Translations under genes and position numbers: made by a program
The notes under the pieces: generated by a model
Seen by the model: only the letters and a program-made list of their open reading frames with translations
What the model was told of the DNA's origin: nothing
Database searches by the model: none
Part shown: one piece after another, positions 1 through 10,241 of the stretch
How positions within the stretch are numbered: the stretch's first letter is position 1
Layout: the number at the start of each line of letters is the position of its first letter
NCBI GenBank assembly: GCA_041311445.1
Contig: JBFYJK010000085.1
Span: forward strand, 1-47,304
Source of the DNA: Candidatus Nanopelagicales bacterium
GTDB taxonomy: Bacteria; Actinomycetota; Actinomycetes; Nanopelagicales; Nanopelagicaceae
Length of the DNA stretch: 47,304 bases
Reading direction: 5' to 3'

Positions 1-71
1 CAGCAGGAGTAAAGGTCGGCAAAACGCCGTCAGAAACTGCAAATCTCATGCGTTCATTGATGGGCCGATAG
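1..71 (+). CDS. sucD: 3' end of succinyl-CoA ligase alpha subunit (partial, runs off the left edge)
   Basis: Frame-3 translation of 3..68 is AGVKVGKTPSETANLMRSLMGR, followed by TAG (69-71). This resembles the C-terminal tail of actinobacterial SucD. Its position upstream of perM-purN-purH matches mycobacterial synteny. Only 22 codons are visible. Confidence 0.45.
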   Translation, partial: AGVKVGKTPSETANLMRSLMGR

Positions 72-74
72 GGT
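69..74 (+). promoter_or_regulatory. candidate -10 hexamer TAGGGT (leaderless transcript starting at GTG 82)
   Basis: A TANNNT hexamer lies 7 nt upstream of GTG 82 with no Shine-Dalgarno between them. It overlaps the sucD stop codon. Confidence 0.35.
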
Positions 75-81
75 TCTCTGC

Positions 82-1131
82 GTGCTTGTACCTGCAATCA
101 CGCAAAGTCTAAAAAGCGTACTCTTCACATTAATTCCGGCTGGAATCATCACCTTTCTAGCCTGGGCGATAGCTGGAAGTGCATACGCAAGTACAACCGA
201 CCCTTTCCGCGGCGCCATTTGGATCTTCCTTGGTACGCATATGGTTCCATTTAATTTACATATTCCACCGAGCGGCATTGATGGCTGGCTTACATATCTT
301 CCCCTTGGCGCAATGGCGCTACCTGCAATCGGAATTACTGCAGGCGCTCGCAAAGTCCTTGATCGCACCAATAGCGATGCAGCGGTCTGGGCTTTCGCTG
401 GTTTCTACACAATCTTGGTAACGATACTTTCATTACTCTCATCAAATAACGATGTTTATGTAACTTGGTATTGGGCGCTCGCATTCGCCACACCATTTGT
501 ATTCGCAGTTTCATTCTTTGCGATTAATCAATTTAGATTTACCGCCTCCATTATTTATGTAACGAAAATTTGGGCAATCATTCTTGGCTTCGCGGCGCTC
601 TGCACCGGCTTATCTTTGATGATAAACATTGGAACAGTTCACAAGTTAACAACCGTGCTACAGCCAGGCTTTATTGGCGGAATTCTGCTCTTCGCACTTA
701 CTCTTCTTTACCTGCCAAATTTCCTAATTTCCGCAGCGGCATATCTGGTGGGTGCAGGTTTTGCGATCGGTAGAGATACTTTAATCTCTCCGCTTCATTT
801 CTCACTAGGAAAAATTCCCGCACTTCCGATTTTAGGAGCGCTGCCAACTGGTCGCCATCCTTTCTATTTAATTGGTGCTCTAGTTGTAATCGGAGTTGGT
901 GCACAAGTTGCAATCTGGACTGTAGATAGTTCGCGCATGGTGCTCCGCCAAACTATCGCGCTCTTTATCTTCAGCTCTTTTGCTCTGGCTTATTTGGGAT
1001 CTGGCGCCTTAATTACTTATGAATTGGGCACAGTAGGGCCATCGCTCTGGAAATTCCCATTGATTATCTCTGCAGAATTCTTACTTGGAGTTGGGTTAAT
1101 TCGCTTAATCCCAATGATTAGCCGCCGATGA
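82..1131 (+). CDS. PerM-like polytopic membrane protein (DUF6350-like)
   Basis: The 349-aa ORF has about 9-10 hydrophobic helices and no catalytic motifs. It sits directly upstream of purN and overlaps it (ATGA), as PerM (Rv0955) does in mycobacteria. The assignment rests on synteny and topology only. Confidence 0.65.
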   Translation: MLVPAITQSLKSVLFTLIPAGIITFLAWAIAGSAYASTTDPFRGAIWIFLGTHMVPFNLHIPPSGIDGWLTYLPLGAMALPAIGITAGARKVLDRTNSDAAVWAFAGFYTILVTILSLLSSNNDVYVTWYWALAFATPFVFAVSFFAINQFRFTASIIYVTKIWAIILGFAALCTGLSLMINIGTVHKLTTVLQPGFIGGILLFALTLLYLPNFLISAAAYLVGAGFAIGRDTLISPLHFSLGKIPALPILGALPTGRHPFYLIGALVVIGVGAQVAIWTVDSSRMVLRQTIALFIFSSFALAYLGSGALITYELGTVGPSLWKFPLIISAEFLLGVGLIRLIPMISRR

Positions 1132-1673
1132 AGTTACTTCTGCTTGCTTCAGGAACAGGTTCTTTAGCGCAGGCAGTAATCGACGCAGGGTTTGATATCG
1201 CTGCAGTAGTGAGCGATATTCCTGGTGCACAAGTCTTGGATAGGGCAAGCGCTGCAAATATTGCAACAAAGGTAATCGAATTTAAGAAACCTCGTGAAGC
1301 TTGGGATTCCGAGCTTTTTGAATTCGTTGAATCAGTTAACCCAGACTTAGTTGTCAGCGTTGGTTTCATGAGAATCTTAAGCGCCGAATTTGTAAGTAAA
1401 TTTAAAGTGATTAATTCTCATCCAGCGTTACTGCCAAACTTTCCTGGCGCGCATGCTGTTCGTGATTCGCTAGCAGCGAAGGTTAGCCAGACTGGCTGCA
1501 CAGTTCACTGGGTGGATGCCGGAGTAGATACCGGGCAAGTGATTGCGCAGGTCGCAGTTGATGTGCTGCCTACCGATGATGAAGCGAGCCTTCATGAACG
1601 CATTAAGATTGTTGAGCGGAAACTGATTGTTGAAACCATTAGAAACTATCAAGAGTCTGGAGAGCCAAAATGA
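1128..1673 (+). CDS. purN: phosphoribosylglycinamide formyltransferase
   Basis: 181 aa with GAR transformylase motifs [13 protein letters not shown] and [20 protein letters not shown] overlaps on both sides. Confidence 0.95.
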   Translation: MKLLLLASGTGSLAQAVIDAGFDIAAVVSDIPGAQVLDRASAANIATKVIEFKKPREAWDSELFEFVESVNPDLVVSVGFMRILSAEFVSKFKVINSHPALLPNFPGAHAVRDSLAAKVSQTGCTVHWVDAGVDTGQVIAQVAVDVLPTDDEASLHERIKIVERKLIVETIRNYQESGEPK

Positions 1674-3205
1674 GCGATCGTAAAGTAATTCGCAGAGCGC
1701 TTCTAAGTGTTTACGATAAGAGCCGATTGGTCGAAATTGGTAAGGCGCTTCATGAAGCAGGCGTCGAGATTCTCTCAACAGGTTCAACTTGCAAAACCCT
1801 TCTGGAAAACGGAATCAAAGTTACTGAAGTCTCTGAATACACAGGTTTCCCGGAAATCATGGGCGGACGAGTAAAGACTCTCCACCCACGTATTCATTCA
1901 GGAATCTTGGCAGATCAAAATAATCCAGAACACTTAGCGAAAATCGCAGAGCTAGATATCGCGCCCTTTGATTTAGTAATTATTAATCTCTACCCATTTG
2001 CAGCAACTATCTCTTCTGGAGCTGGATATGCAGAGTGCATCGAGCAGATTGATATTGGCGGTCCATCAATGCTCCGTGGCGCAGCTAAGAATCACGGCTC
2101 AGTTGCGGTGCTCTCAAGCCCTGCGCAATATGACGGGTTACTAAACGCGCTAAAGAGCGGCGGTTACACGCTGGCCGAGCGCAAGCAGCTAGCAATCGAT
2201 GTCTTCCGTACCACTGCCGAATACGACGCAACTATTGCAATGTGGATGGCAGATGACGATGGCTTCCATGAGTGGATGGCGCACATCTGGAAGAAGAGCG
2301 GCACGCTTCGTTACGGCGAGAACCCACATCAACAAGCGGTTGTGTATTCAGCAAATACACCTGGCATTGTTAACGCAAAACAACTTCATGGCAAAGAGAT
2401 GAGCTATAACAATTACACCGATGCAGATGCCGCGCTACGTGCAGCTTTTGATCATTCAGAACCAGCTGTTGCAATCATTAAACACGCCAACCCGTGCGGA
2501 ATCGCAATCGGTAAAGATATCGCCGCTGCATATAAAGCAGCACACGAATGTGATCCAGTATCTGCATTCGGTGGAGTAGTAGCTGCCAATCGCACAGTTA
2601 CCGTTGCAATGGCCGAACCGCTCTCTGAAGTTTTCACTGAAGTTGTAGTAGCTCCGGATTTCGAACCAGCTGCACTTGAAATTTTAATGAAGAAGCCAAA
2701 TATCCGAATTCTCACAACCGACCTGAAGCAGTATGGTCCAGTAGAGGGACGATTACTTTCTGGTGGTTTGTTACTTCAGACAATTGATTTAATTGATGCT
2801 GAAGGAGATAGCCCTAAGAATTGGAAGCAAGTTTCGGGCGATGCAGTTAGTGCAGATGTTCTTGCAGATTTGGAATTTGCATGGCGTTCTGTTCGCGCAG
2901 TGAAGAGCAATGCAATTCTGCTTGCTAAGAACGGTGCCGCTGTGGGCGTTGGTATGGGCCAAGTAAATCGCGTCGATTCCGCCAAGCTTTCTGTTGATCG
3001 CGCCGGCGACCGCGCTAAAGGTTCAGTTGCGGCAAGTGATGCCTTCTTCCCATTTGCAGATGGCCTTCAGATTCTGATTGATAGTGGTATCACTGCTGTG
3101 GTTTCACCAGGTGGGTCAATGCGCGATGAAGAGGTTATCGCTGCGGCAAAAGCAGCCAATATCGCCCTATTTTTCACGGGAACGCGCCACTTCTCACACG
3201 CTTAA
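1670..3205 (+). CDS. purH: bifunctional AICAR transformylase / IMP cyclohydrolase
   Basis: 511 aa. MGS-like N-domain ([14 protein letters not shown]) and AICARFT domain ([17 protein letters not shown]-terminal GTRHFSH). Confidence 0.97.
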   Translation: MSDRKVIRRALLSVYDKSRLVEIGKALHEAGVEILSTGSTCKTLLENGIKVTEVSEYTGFPEIMGGRVKTLHPRIHSGILADQNNPEHLAKIAELDIAPFDLVIINLYPFAATISSGAGYAECIEQIDIGGPSMLRGAAKNHGSVAVLSSPAQYDGLLNALKSGGYTLAERKQLAIDVFRTTAEYDATIAMWMADDDGFHEWMAHIWKKSGTLRYGENPHQQAVVYSANTPGIVNAKQLHGKEMSYNNYTDADAALRAAFDHSEPAVAIIKHANPCGIAIGKDIAAAYKAAHECDPVSAFGGVVAANRTVTVAMAEPLSEVFTEVVVAPDFEPAALEILMKKPNIRILTTDLKQYGPVEGRLLSGGLLLQTIDLIDAEGDSPKNWKQVSGDAVSADVLADLEFAWRSVRAVKSNAILLAKNGAAVGVGMGQVNRVDSAKLSVDRAGDRAKGSVAASDAFFPFADGLQILIDSGITAVVSPGGSMRDEEVIAAAKAANIALFFTGTRHFSHA

Positions 3206-3242
3206 GAAGTTGCTCCAGGTTAGTAAATTCCCAGTAATTTAT

Positions 3243-3248
3243 TAAGAT
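3243..3248 (+). promoter_or_regulatory. candidate -10 hexamer TAAGAT for leaderless folD
   Basis: TANNNT lies 6 nt upstream of ATG 3255 with no SD. An alternative TAATTT (3235-3240) lies 8 nt before the in-frame GTG 3249. Confidence 0.35.
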
Positions 3249-3254
3249 GTGACC

Positions 3255-4100
3255 ATGACAGCACAGATTCTTGATGGCAAAGCTTTCGCAAAGAAGATCA
3301 AAGAAGATCTCGCTAAGGAAGTAGTTGGTCTTAAAGCTCGCGGTATTACACCGGGCCTTGGCACAATTCTTGTTGGTGATGATCCAGGATCACGTCAATA
3401 TGTTGGCGGAAAGCATAAGGATTGCGCAGAGGTTGGCGTAAATTCAATTCGCATCGATCTTCCTGCAAATGCAACGCAAGCAGATGTTCTAGCTGCCGTA
3501 AAGGATATGAACAACAATCCAGATTGCACCGGATACATTGTTCAGCTTCCACTTCCAAAAGATGTAAACACACAAGCAATTCTTGAAGCGATTGATCCAG
3601 ATAAGGATGCAGATGGATTGCATCCAATGAACCTTGGTCGTCTGACTGCAGGTTTCGATGGAACACTTCCATGCACACCACGTGGCATCGTTGAACTACT
3701 TCACCACTACAGCATTCCGGTTAAGGGAGCAGAGGTAACAATCGTTGGTCGCGGTCTAACAGTTGGCCGTCCACTAAGCCTTCTTCTTAATCGCCGCGAA
3801 GAGAATGCAACTGTGAATTTGGTTCACACAGGCACCAAGGTAATTAAGGATCACACTCTTACTGCTGACATCATTGTGGTCGCGGTAGGTGTTGGACATT
3901 TCCTAACTCCTGACATGGTTAGCCCAGGCGCTGTTGTTATTGACGTTGGCGTATCTCGAAACGAAAATGGAATTCAAGGCGACGTACATCCTGATGTGGC
4001 AAATGTTGCTGGCTGGATCTCGCCTAACCCAGGTGGAGTTGGCCCGCTAACTCGCGCGATGCTCGTTAAGAACGTCGTAGACGCCGCATCCAAGAAATGA
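3255..4100 (+). CDS. folD: bifunctional methylenetetrahydrofolate dehydrogenase / methenyl-THF cyclohydrolase
   Basis: Canonical N-terminus MTAQILDGK, plus [26 protein letters not shown] and [13 protein letters not shown] 3255 is preferred over the in-frame GTG 3249 used in the ORF track. Confidence 0.95.
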   Translation: MTAQILDGKAFAKKIKEDLAKEVVGLKARGITPGLGTILVGDDPGSRQYVGGKHKDCAEVGVNSIRIDLPANATQADVLAAVKDMNNNPDCTGYIVQLPLPKDVNTQAILEAIDPDKDADGLHPMNLGRLTAGFDGTLPCTPRGIVELLHHYSIPVKGAEVTIVGRGLTVGRPLSLLLNRREENATVNLVHTGTKVIKDHTLTADIIVVAVGVGHFLTPDMVSPGAVVIDVGVSRNENGIQGDVHPDVANVAGWISPNPGGVGPLTRAMLVKNVVDAASKK

Positions 4101-4303
4101 TTTCACAGCGCCTGATTAATTTCGCCGCGGCTGTTGGCGTATTACTTGGCGCAGTTGGGTTTGTCCGCTCTGGTTCGATCGTCGTCGGGGCAGCTATCGC
4201 CTTCACCGGTTTACGCCAAGAACGCCGAATTGAACGATATTTACCCCTAGCAATCGGGGTAGCGCTCGTTGCTGTGGCGATTGTCCTTCCTCACGGACGC
4301 TAG
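4097..4303 (+). CDS. small two-helix membrane protein (DUF3017-like)
   Basis: 68 aa with two hydrophobic segments. ATGA overlap with the folD stop. From memory, a small membrane protein after folD is common in Actinobacteria; the family call is tentative. Confidence 0.55.
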   Translation: MISQRLINFAAAVGVLLGAVGFVRSGSIVVGAAIAFTGLRQERRIERYLPLAIGVALVAVAIVLPHGR

Positions 4304-4306
4304 GAT

Positions 4307-4324
4307 TATCTCGATATCAAGATA
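4307..4324. promoter_or_regulatory. near-perfect 18-bp palindrome TATCTcGATATCaAGATA upstream of mdh
   Basis: The inverted repeat is centred on GATATC with one mismatched pair. It ends 22 nt before ATG 4346. Its right arm overlaps a TAGTTT hexamer (4323-4328). Confidence 0.3.
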
Positions 4325-4345
4325 GTTTTGTAAAAGGACATATAA

Positions 4346-5296
4346 ATGGCTGGAAAAGTAACTGTCGTCGGAGCTGGTTTTTATGGCTCAACTACTGCAA
4401 TGCGATTAGCTGAATACAACGTATTCGATACCGTTGTTTTAACAGATATTCTCGAAGGCAAGCCAGAAGGTCTTGCACTTGATATGAATCAATCGCGATC
4501 AATCGAAGGTTTTGAAACAAAAGTTATTGGCGCAACCACAACTGCAGATGGCGCTGGTTATGAAGCAACTGCAAATTCAGATGTAGTTGTAATTACTGCA
4601 GGCTTACCTCGCAAGCCTGGCATGAGCCGCATGGACTTGATCGGAGTTAATGCCGGAATCGTTCGTGGTGTTGCGGAGAACATCGCAAAGCATTCACCAA
4701 ATGCAGTAATCATCGTGGTTTCAAATCCACTTGATGAAATGACAGCGCTAACTCAGATCGCTTCTGCATTCCCACACAATCGCGTTATGGGACAAGCTGG
4801 CATGTTGGATACCGCTCGCTTTACCAACTTTGTGGCAGAAAAAATAGGTGTTCCAGTATCAAGCGTTGAAACTTTAACTCTGGGTTCACACGGTGACACC
4901 ATGGTTCCAGTTCCATCACGTTGTAAAGTAAATGGTGCACCACTTACTGAGAAGCTTTCAGCAGAAGAGATCGAAGAACTTGTAGTTCGTACACGTAACG
5001 GTGGAGCAGAGGTAGTTGCACTACTTAAGACTGGATCTGCTTACTACGCACCATCTGCAGCAGCAGCGCGAATGGCAAAAGCGGTAATTACAGATTCTGG
5101 CGCGGTAATGCCAGTTTGTGCATGGGTTGATGGCGAATACGGAATCGCTGGCGTCTACCTTGGCGTTGAAGCCGAAATTGGCCGCACCGGCGTAAAGAAG
5201 ATTGTTGAAACAAAGCTAACTGATTCAGAACTAGCGCTTCTTAAGGAAGCCGCTGAAGCAGTTCGCGCTAAGCAAGCTGACGTAAAGGATATGTAA
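4346..5296 (+). CDS. mdh: malate dehydrogenase (LDH-like type)
   Basis: 316 aa. Rossmann motif [10 protein letters not shown], plus [16 protein letters not shown] and GSHGDTMVP. An AAAGGA SD lies 7 nt upstream. Confidence 0.95.
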   Translation: MAGKVTVVGAGFYGSTTAMRLAEYNVFDTVVLTDILEGKPEGLALDMNQSRSIEGFETKVIGATTTADGAGYEATANSDVVVITAGLPRKPGMSRMDLIGVNAGIVRGVAENIAKHSPNAVIIVVSNPLDEMTALTQIASAFPHNRVMGQAGMLDTARFTNFVAEKIGVPVSSVETLTLGSHGDTMVPVPSRCKVNGAPLTEKLSAEEIEELVVRTRNGGAEVVALLKTGSAYYAPSAAAARMAKAVITDSGAVMPVCAWVDGEYGIAGVYLGVEAEIGRTGVKKIVETKLTDSELALLKEAAEAVRAKQADVKDM

Positions 5297-5298
5297 AC

Positions 5299-6513
5299 AT
5301 GGCAAAAATCAAAGTAGAAGGCACAGTCGTCGAACTTGATGGCGATGAAATGACTCGCATCATGTGGCAGTTCATCAAAGACTCTTTGATTCTGCCTTAT
5401 TTGGATGTAAATCTTGAGTATTACGACCTAGGCATGGAACACCGCGATGCAACCGATGATCAGGTGACTATCGATGCAGCTAAGGCGATTCAGAAGCATG
5501 GCGTTGGCATCAAGTGCGCAACTATCACTCCTGATGAAGCTCGCGTTGAAGAGTTTGGTCTTAAGAAGATGTGGAAGTCTCCTAACGGAACTATCCGCAA
5601 CATTCTTGGCGGCGTAATTTTCCGCGAACCAATCATCATCTCAAACGTGCCACGTCTTGTTCCGCATTGGACCAAGCCAATCGTTATCGGTCGTCACGCA
5701 TTCGGCGATCAATACCGCGCAACAGATATCAAGGTTCCTGGTCCAGGAAAGCTAACACTTTCTTATGTTCCAGAAGGCGGCGGAGCGCCAATGGATCTTG
5801 AAGTATTTGATTTCAAATCTTCAGGTGTTGCTATGGCGATGTACAACGTTGATGATTCAATTCGCGACTTTGCACGCGCATCACTTAACTACGGTTTACT
5901 TCGTAAGTTCCCGGTCTATCTATCAACTAAGAACACAATTCTTAAGGCATACGACGGCCGATTCAAAGATATCTTCCAGGAGATCTTTGATGCAGAGTTC
6001 AAGGCTCAATTCGATGCTGCAGGAATTTGGTACGAGCACCGTTTGATTGATGACATGGTTGCAATGTCTCTGCGCATGGAAGGCGGTTACGTCTGGGCAT
6101 GTAAGAACTACGACGGCGACGTGCAATCAGACACCGTTGCTCAAGGTTACGGCTCTCTTGGTTTGATGACATCTGTATTGATGACTCCAGATGGAAAGGT
6201 CTGTGAAGCAGAAGCTGCGCACGGAACTGTTACCCGTCACTACCGCGATCACCAAGCAGGTAAGAAGACTTCAACAAATCCAATCGCATCAATCTTTGCT
6301 TGGACACAAGGCTTAGCGCACCGCGCAAAGCTTGATAACAATCCAGAACTAGCAAAGTTCTCTGCAACTTTGGAACGCGTATGTATCGAAACTGTAGAAG
6401 AGGGCAAGATGACTAAGGATCTTGCGCTACTAATCAGCAAAGATGCACCATGGCAGACCACCGAAGAGTTCTTAGCTTCAATCGATGAGAACCTAAAGAA
6501 GGCAATGGCCTAA
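5299..6513 (+). CDS. icd: NADP-dependent isocitrate dehydrogenase (homodimeric, eukaryote-like type)
   Basis: 404 aa. Motifs [28 protein letters not shown] and NYDGDVQSD. Confidence 0.95.
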   Translation: MAKIKVEGTVVELDGDEMTRIMWQFIKDSLILPYLDVNLEYYDLGMEHRDATDDQVTIDAAKAIQKHGVGIKCATITPDEARVEEFGLKKMWKSPNGTIRNILGGVIFREPIIISNVPRLVPHWTKPIVIGRHAFGDQYRATDIKVPGPGKLTLSYVPEGGGAPMDLEVFDFKSSGVAMAMYNVDDSIRDFARASLNYGLLRKFPVYLSTKNTILKAYDGRFKDIFQEIFDAEFKAQFDAAGIWYEHRLIDDMVAMSLRMEGGYVWACKNYDGDVQSDTVAQGYGSLGLMTSVLMTPDGKVCEAEAAHGTVTRHYRDHQAGKKTSTNPIASIFAWTQGLAHRAKLDNNPELAKFSATLERVCIETVEEGKMTKDLALLISKDAPWQTTEEFLASIDENLKKAMA

Positions 6514-6588
6514 CCTCCAAAGCTGACCTCGAAAAAGGCCGCTCTAAAACGCGAGCTTTTTCTCAGTCACTTTCTCGGCGTTTTAATT

Positions 6589-6620
6589 AAAAAACCCTCC
6601 GATTTCTCGGAGGGTTTTTT
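6589..6620. terminator. bidirectional intrinsic terminator between icd (+) and the ABC ATPase gene (-)
   Basis: AAAAAA-CCCTCCGA-TTTC-TCGGAGGG-TTTTTT. An 8-bp GC-rich stem (6595-6602 / 6607-6614) is flanked by an A-run and a T-run, so it reads as a terminator on both strands. Confidence 0.85.
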
Positions 6621-6630
6621 ACTAAAGAAT

Positions 6631-7713
6631 TTAGTTCAGGCGAAGACCTGTCTGAGCATGGAATAGGTGAATCGCTGTAGGAATTGCCTTCACCTTAATC
6701 TGATCGCCAGCCTTAGGTGGGTTCTTTGGATCCCAACGAACAATTACCTGTGCGCCTTCATCAGAAGCGTTAGCGAACTTAACGTTGCTATCTGCAGGCT
6801 TTCCGTAAACGAATGCATCAGAACCAAGTTCTTCAACAACTTCAACGTTAACTTCGAAGCCCTCAGATGCTGGTTCCCATCCTTCTGGACGAACGCCAAC
6901 GATTACTGAATTTCCAGCTGATGCCGGAACAGCAATATCTAAGTGGCCAACATGTGCTTTGCCGTCAGATACAGGAACTTCAAGAAGATTCATAGCAGGT
7001 GAACCAATAAATCCAGCAACGAATGCATTGCCTGGCTTATCGTAAAGATTGCGTGGGCTATCCACTTGCTGTAGTAGACCATCCTTAAGAACTGCAACGC
7101 GATCACCCATTGTCATAGCTTCGATCTGATCGTGTGTTACATAAACTGTTGTAATTCCAAGACGACGCTGAAGTGCAGCGATCTGGGTACGTGTAGATAC
7201 GCGTAGCTTTGCATCAAGGTTTGATAGCGGTTCGTCCATCAAGAAAACTTGTGGTTCGCGAACAATCGCACGACCCATAGCAACGCGCTGACGCTGACCA
7301 CCAGATAGCGCCTTTGGCTTGCGCTCTAAATATGGTTCTAGGTCAAGAAGTTTCGCAGCTTCAAGAACTCGCTTGTCGCGTTCTTCTTTTGAAACGCCTG
7401 CGATCTTTAGTGCAAAGCCCATGTTCTCCGCGACTGTCATATGTGGGTATAGCGCGTATGACTGGAAGACCATCGCGATATCGCGATCCTTAGGTGCAAC
7501 GTTTGTTACGTCGCGATCACCAATCAAAATACGACCGGTATCAATCTCTTCAAGTCCTGCCAACATACGAAGTGATGTTGACTTACCGCAACCTGATGGA
7601 CCAACTAGAACTAGAAATTCTCCGTCGTTAACGACTAGATCTAATTTATCTACAGCTGGAACCGGGTTACCTGGATAGATACGTGATGCTTTATCGAATG
7701 TTACTGATGCCAA
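6631..7713 (-). CDS. sugar ABC transporter ATP-binding protein, MsiK/UgpC/MalK-like, with no adjacent permease genes
   Basis: Walker A GPSGCGKST, signature LSGGQRQR, Walker B FLMDEPLSNLD and a C-terminal MalK-type regulatory domain. I chose the TTG start at 7713 because GGAAGGAG lies 8 nt upstream. The ORF-track start at 7785 would add 24 non-conserved residues. Confidence 0.9.
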   Translation of the reverse strand: MASVTFDKASRIYPGNPVPAVDKLDLVVNDGEFLVLVGPSGCGKSTSLRMLAGLEEIDTGRILIGDRDVTNVAPKDRDIAMVFQSYALYPHMTVAENMGFALKIAGVSKEERDKRVLEAAKLLDLEPYLERKPKALSGGQRQRVAMGRAIVREPQVFLMDEPLSNLDAKLRVSTRTQIAALQRRLGITTVYVTHDQIEAMTMGDRVAVLKDGLLQQVDSPRNLYDKPGNAFVAGFIGSPAMNLLEVPVSDGKAHVGHLDIAVPASAGNSVIVGVRPEGWEPASEGFEVNVEVVEELGSDAFVYGKPADSNVKFANASDEGAQVIVRWDPKNPPKAGDQIKVKAIPTAIHLFHAQTGLRLN

Positions 7714-7773
7714 TTTAGGCTCTCCTTCCGGGCAGGTACGTGCCCGACGATCCGTTGGAAGTTGTGCAGGGCT

Positions 7774-7779
7774 TAGATT
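7774..7779 (+). promoter_or_regulatory. candidate -10 hexamer TAGATT
   Basis: TANNNT lies 8 nt upstream of ATG 7788 with no SD. Confidence 0.3.
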
Positions 7780-7787
7780 ACGCATGG

Positions 7788-9104
7788 ATGAGCGGGGAGG
7801 GAAGCCTTTCCGATAGCCTTTTACCTCTCATGGAACTCTTTAAGGCGATCGCATTAGTCCTAGCGCTGATTCTGGTGGCGGCTTTCTTCGTGGCAGCCGA
7901 AATTGCGCTGATCTCACTTCGCGAAGGACAGGTTAAGCAACTTAAAGGAAAGCGCGGCGCTCGCGTTGCAAAGTTAACGCAGAATCCAAATCGCTTCTTA
8001 GCCGCTGCTCAAGTTGGCGTTACGGTCTGTGGTTTTCTGTCGGCCGCCCTTGGCGCTGAAAAACTAGGCGTCTTTGTTGAACCTAAGTTAATTGATGCCG
8101 GGTTATCCGAAAGCACATCGCGAACAGTTTCAATTATTTTGGTTACTTTAGTAATTGCTTATTTCTCTCTTGTATTTGGCGAACTTGTTCCTAAGCGCAT
8201 GGCGCTATTTCGTACTGAGGCAATCTCGCTTAACTCATCTTTGATTATCGAAGGAATTGCGCGCTTCTTCCGCCCGGTTATCTGGCTGCTCTCAAGGTCA
8301 ACCGACTTTGTTGTAAGACTTCTTGGCATTGATCCAAAAGAGGAGCGCAGCCAAATCTCCGAAGAAGAGTTGATGGATTTGGTCTCTGGCCATAACGCGC
8401 TAACTGAAGAAGAGCGCGAAATCGTTGAAGAAGTCTTTAATACCTCTGAAAAGTTAGTTAATGAAGTTATGGTGCCTCGCACCGAAGTTGATTTCATGGA
8501 TGGCTCATTAACAGTAAGTAAAGCCATTGATATGGCGGTAGAGCTTTCACATTCTCGTTATCCGGTAGTTCGCGGTTCAAGCGATGAAGTAATTGGCTTT
8601 ATCCACGTCCGCGATTTATTAGATAAATCAAATGCCAACCCGAATTCAAAGATTCAAGATCTAGTTCGTCCTATCATGTTTCTACCTGGAACTAAGGGCG
8701 TACTGCCATCACTTACAGAGATGCGTAACCAGCGCCAGCATTTAGCGATTGTGCTAGATGAATACGGCGGAACAGATGGCATCATCACTCTCGAAGATTT
8801 AGTTGAGTGCCTAATCGGCGATATTCAGGACGAATATGACGTCGATGAACATGAAATAAGTAGCGAATCACGCACTGGCGATGTCGAAATTGATGGTTTA
8901 ACTTCACTAGATGACCTTGAGAGCGATACTGGAATCACCTTGCCAGACGGTCCATATAAGACTGTTAGCGGCTACATCATGCATTTCTTAGGCCGAATGC
9001 CTAAAGAGCGAGATGCCGTAAGTATTAATGGTGTGAAATTGGTAGTCGTAACTCTTGAAGGCCACCGAGTTGGACAAGTTTTAATTACAAGAAGTGGCGA
9101 GTAA
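7788..9104 (+). CDS. CNNM/CorC-HlyC family transporter (DUF21 membrane domain + CBS pair + CorC_HlyC domain)
   Basis: The TM domain starts at ...MELFKAIALVLALILVAAFFVAAEIALISL, followed by a CBS pair and a C-terminal transporter-associated domain. The start is uncertain. ATG 7788 fits the leaderless geometry. ATG 7830 gives the shortest N-terminus. The ORF-track start 7740 is unlikely. Confidence 0.85.
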   Translation: MSGEGSLSDSLLPLMELFKAIALVLALILVAAFFVAAEIALISLREGQVKQLKGKRGARVAKLTQNPNRFLAAAQVGVTVCGFLSAALGAEKLGVFVEPKLIDAGLSESTSRTVSIILVTLVIAYFSLVFGELVPKRMALFRTEAISLNSSLIIEGIARFFRPVIWLLSRSTDFVVRLLGIDPKEERSQISEEELMDLVSGHNALTEEEREIVEEVFNTSEKLVNEVMVPRTEVDFMDGSLTVSKAIDMAVELSHSRYPVVRGSSDEVIGFIHVRDLLDKSNANPNSKIQDLVRPIMFLPGTKGVLPSLTEMRNQRQHLAIVLDEYGGTDGIITLEDLVECLIGDIQDEYDVDEHEISSESRTGDVEIDGLTSLDDLESDTGITLPDGPYKTVSGYIMHFLGRMPKERDAVSINGVKLVVVTLEGHRVGQVLITRSGE

Positions 9105-9125
9105 GAAGTAGGGCAGAATACGCAC

Positions 9126-10118
9126 ATGAAGAGAGTACTTTCGGGCATCCAGCCAACATCTGAATCGTTCCACTTAGGTAATTACCTTGGCGCGGTTAAG
9201 CAGTGGGTTGATCTTCAAAACGGCCACGAAACCTATTACTCAATCGTTGACCTGCATGCCCTTACCGGCGATGTGGATCCAAAGCTGCTTCGCGCTCGCA
9301 CTTTAGCTTCAGCGGCACAGTTAATTGCTGTTGGTATTGATACCGAAAAGTCTGCGCTATTTGTGCAATCGCATTTACCTGAACATAATCAATTGGGTTG
9401 GGTAATGGAGTGCGTCGCATCTTTCGGCGAAGCAAGCCGTATGACTCAATTTAAAGATAAGTCATCTAAGGGCGGCGCTGATGGCGCACGCGTTGGTTTA
9501 TTTACATATCCAATGTTGCAAGCTGCAGATATTCTGCTTTATCAAGCAGATTTAGTTCCGGTCGGAGAAGATCAACGTCAACACATCGAAATTACTCGCG
9601 ACTTAGCTAATCGTTTTAACACTCGTTATGGCCAGGTATTTACTCTGCCTGATGCCTACATTCTTAAAGAGGGCGCAAAGATTTACGATCTTCAAGAGCC
9701 AACAAATAAGATGTCAAAGTCAGCAAGTTCTGCGAGCGGCGTAATTGAACTTATGGATGCGCCAGAAGTAAATGTTAAGAAGATCAAGAGTGCAGTTACA
9801 GATACCGGTCGCGAAGTAATCTTTGATGTCGAGAACAAACCTGGAATTAGTAATTTAATGACAATCCTTTCAGTTGTTTCCGGCAAGAGCATCGCTGCAA
9901 TTCAAGATGAATTCGCAGGCAAGGGATATGGCGATTTCAAAGGCGCAGTTGCTGAAGCAACTGTTGAATACCTACGCCCAATGCGAGATAAGGCTTTAGA
10001 ACTGCTTAAAGACGAAGGCGAGCTAATTCGCATTCTGAACAATGGTGCAGATAAAGCGCGGGTACTGGCGAGCAAAACTCTTAAAGACTCTTATAAAGCG
10101 CTCGGTATTCTCGGTTAA
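9126..10118 (+). CDS. trpS: tryptophan--tRNA ligase
   Basis: 330 aa class I aaRS with a HIGH-type motif (FHLGNY) and KMSKS (NKMSKSAS). It starts 21 nt after the preceding gene. Confidence 0.97.
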   Translation: MKRVLSGIQPTSESFHLGNYLGAVKQWVDLQNGHETYYSIVDLHALTGDVDPKLLRARTLASAAQLIAVGIDTEKSALFVQSHLPEHNQLGWVMECVASFGEASRMTQFKDKSSKGGADGARVGLFTYPMLQAADILLYQADLVPVGEDQRQHIEITRDLANRFNTRYGQVFTLPDAYILKEGAKIYDLQEPTNKMSKSASSASGVIELMDAPEVNVKKIKSAVTDTGREVIFDVENKPGISNLMTILSVVSGKSIAAIQDEFAGKGYGDFKGAVAEATVEYLRPMRDKALELLKDEGELIRILNNGADKARVLASKTLKDSYKALGILG

Positions 10119-10214
10119 GTTTCAACCCTCACTTTAGGGTTCACCAAAACGTGACAAAATCGCGCACTAAGTCGTTAGATATTTTGCGCGCCTACTACTA
10201 GGCTCCCGATTAAG

Positions 10215-10236
10215 AGCTATCAAGGCCTTGATAGCT
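10215..10236. promoter_or_regulatory. perfect 22-bp palindrome AGCTATCAAGGCCTTGATAGCT abutting the binding-protein start codon
   Basis: 9-bp arms around a GGCC centre. It ends 5 nt before ATG 10242, where an SD would normally sit, and no SD is present. It could be an operator or an RNA hairpin. Confidence 0.35.
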
Positions 10237-10241
10237 AACCC

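Noticed and set aside
3206-3254. Possible ZTP/purine/THF riboswitch upstream of folD or the pur genes.
   Set aside because: The gaps are 40-50 nt or absent because of gene overlaps, which is far too short for these aptamers. I saw no conserved riboswitch core motifs.
6541-6588. Second inverted repeat GAAAAAG...CTTTTTC upstream of the main icd terminator.
   Set aside because: It is a 7-bp A/T-rich stem with a loop of about 19 nt, so its predicted stability is low. The adjacent GC-rich hairpin already accounts for termination.
7714-7785. N-terminal extension of the ABC ATPase ORF (ORF-track start 7785) and the upstream part of the 7740..9104 ORF, which would overlap each other.
   Set aside because: The ATPase has a strong GGAAGGAG SD before TTG 7713, and conserved sequence begins there. 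The extensions are non-conserved Arg/Pro-rich read-through of the divergent intergenic region.
10124-10141. Short hairpin AACCCT-CACTTT-AGGGTT just after the trpS stop.
   Set aside because: It has only a 6-bp stem and no U-tract. It may contribute to termination, but the evidence is too weak to list as a feature.
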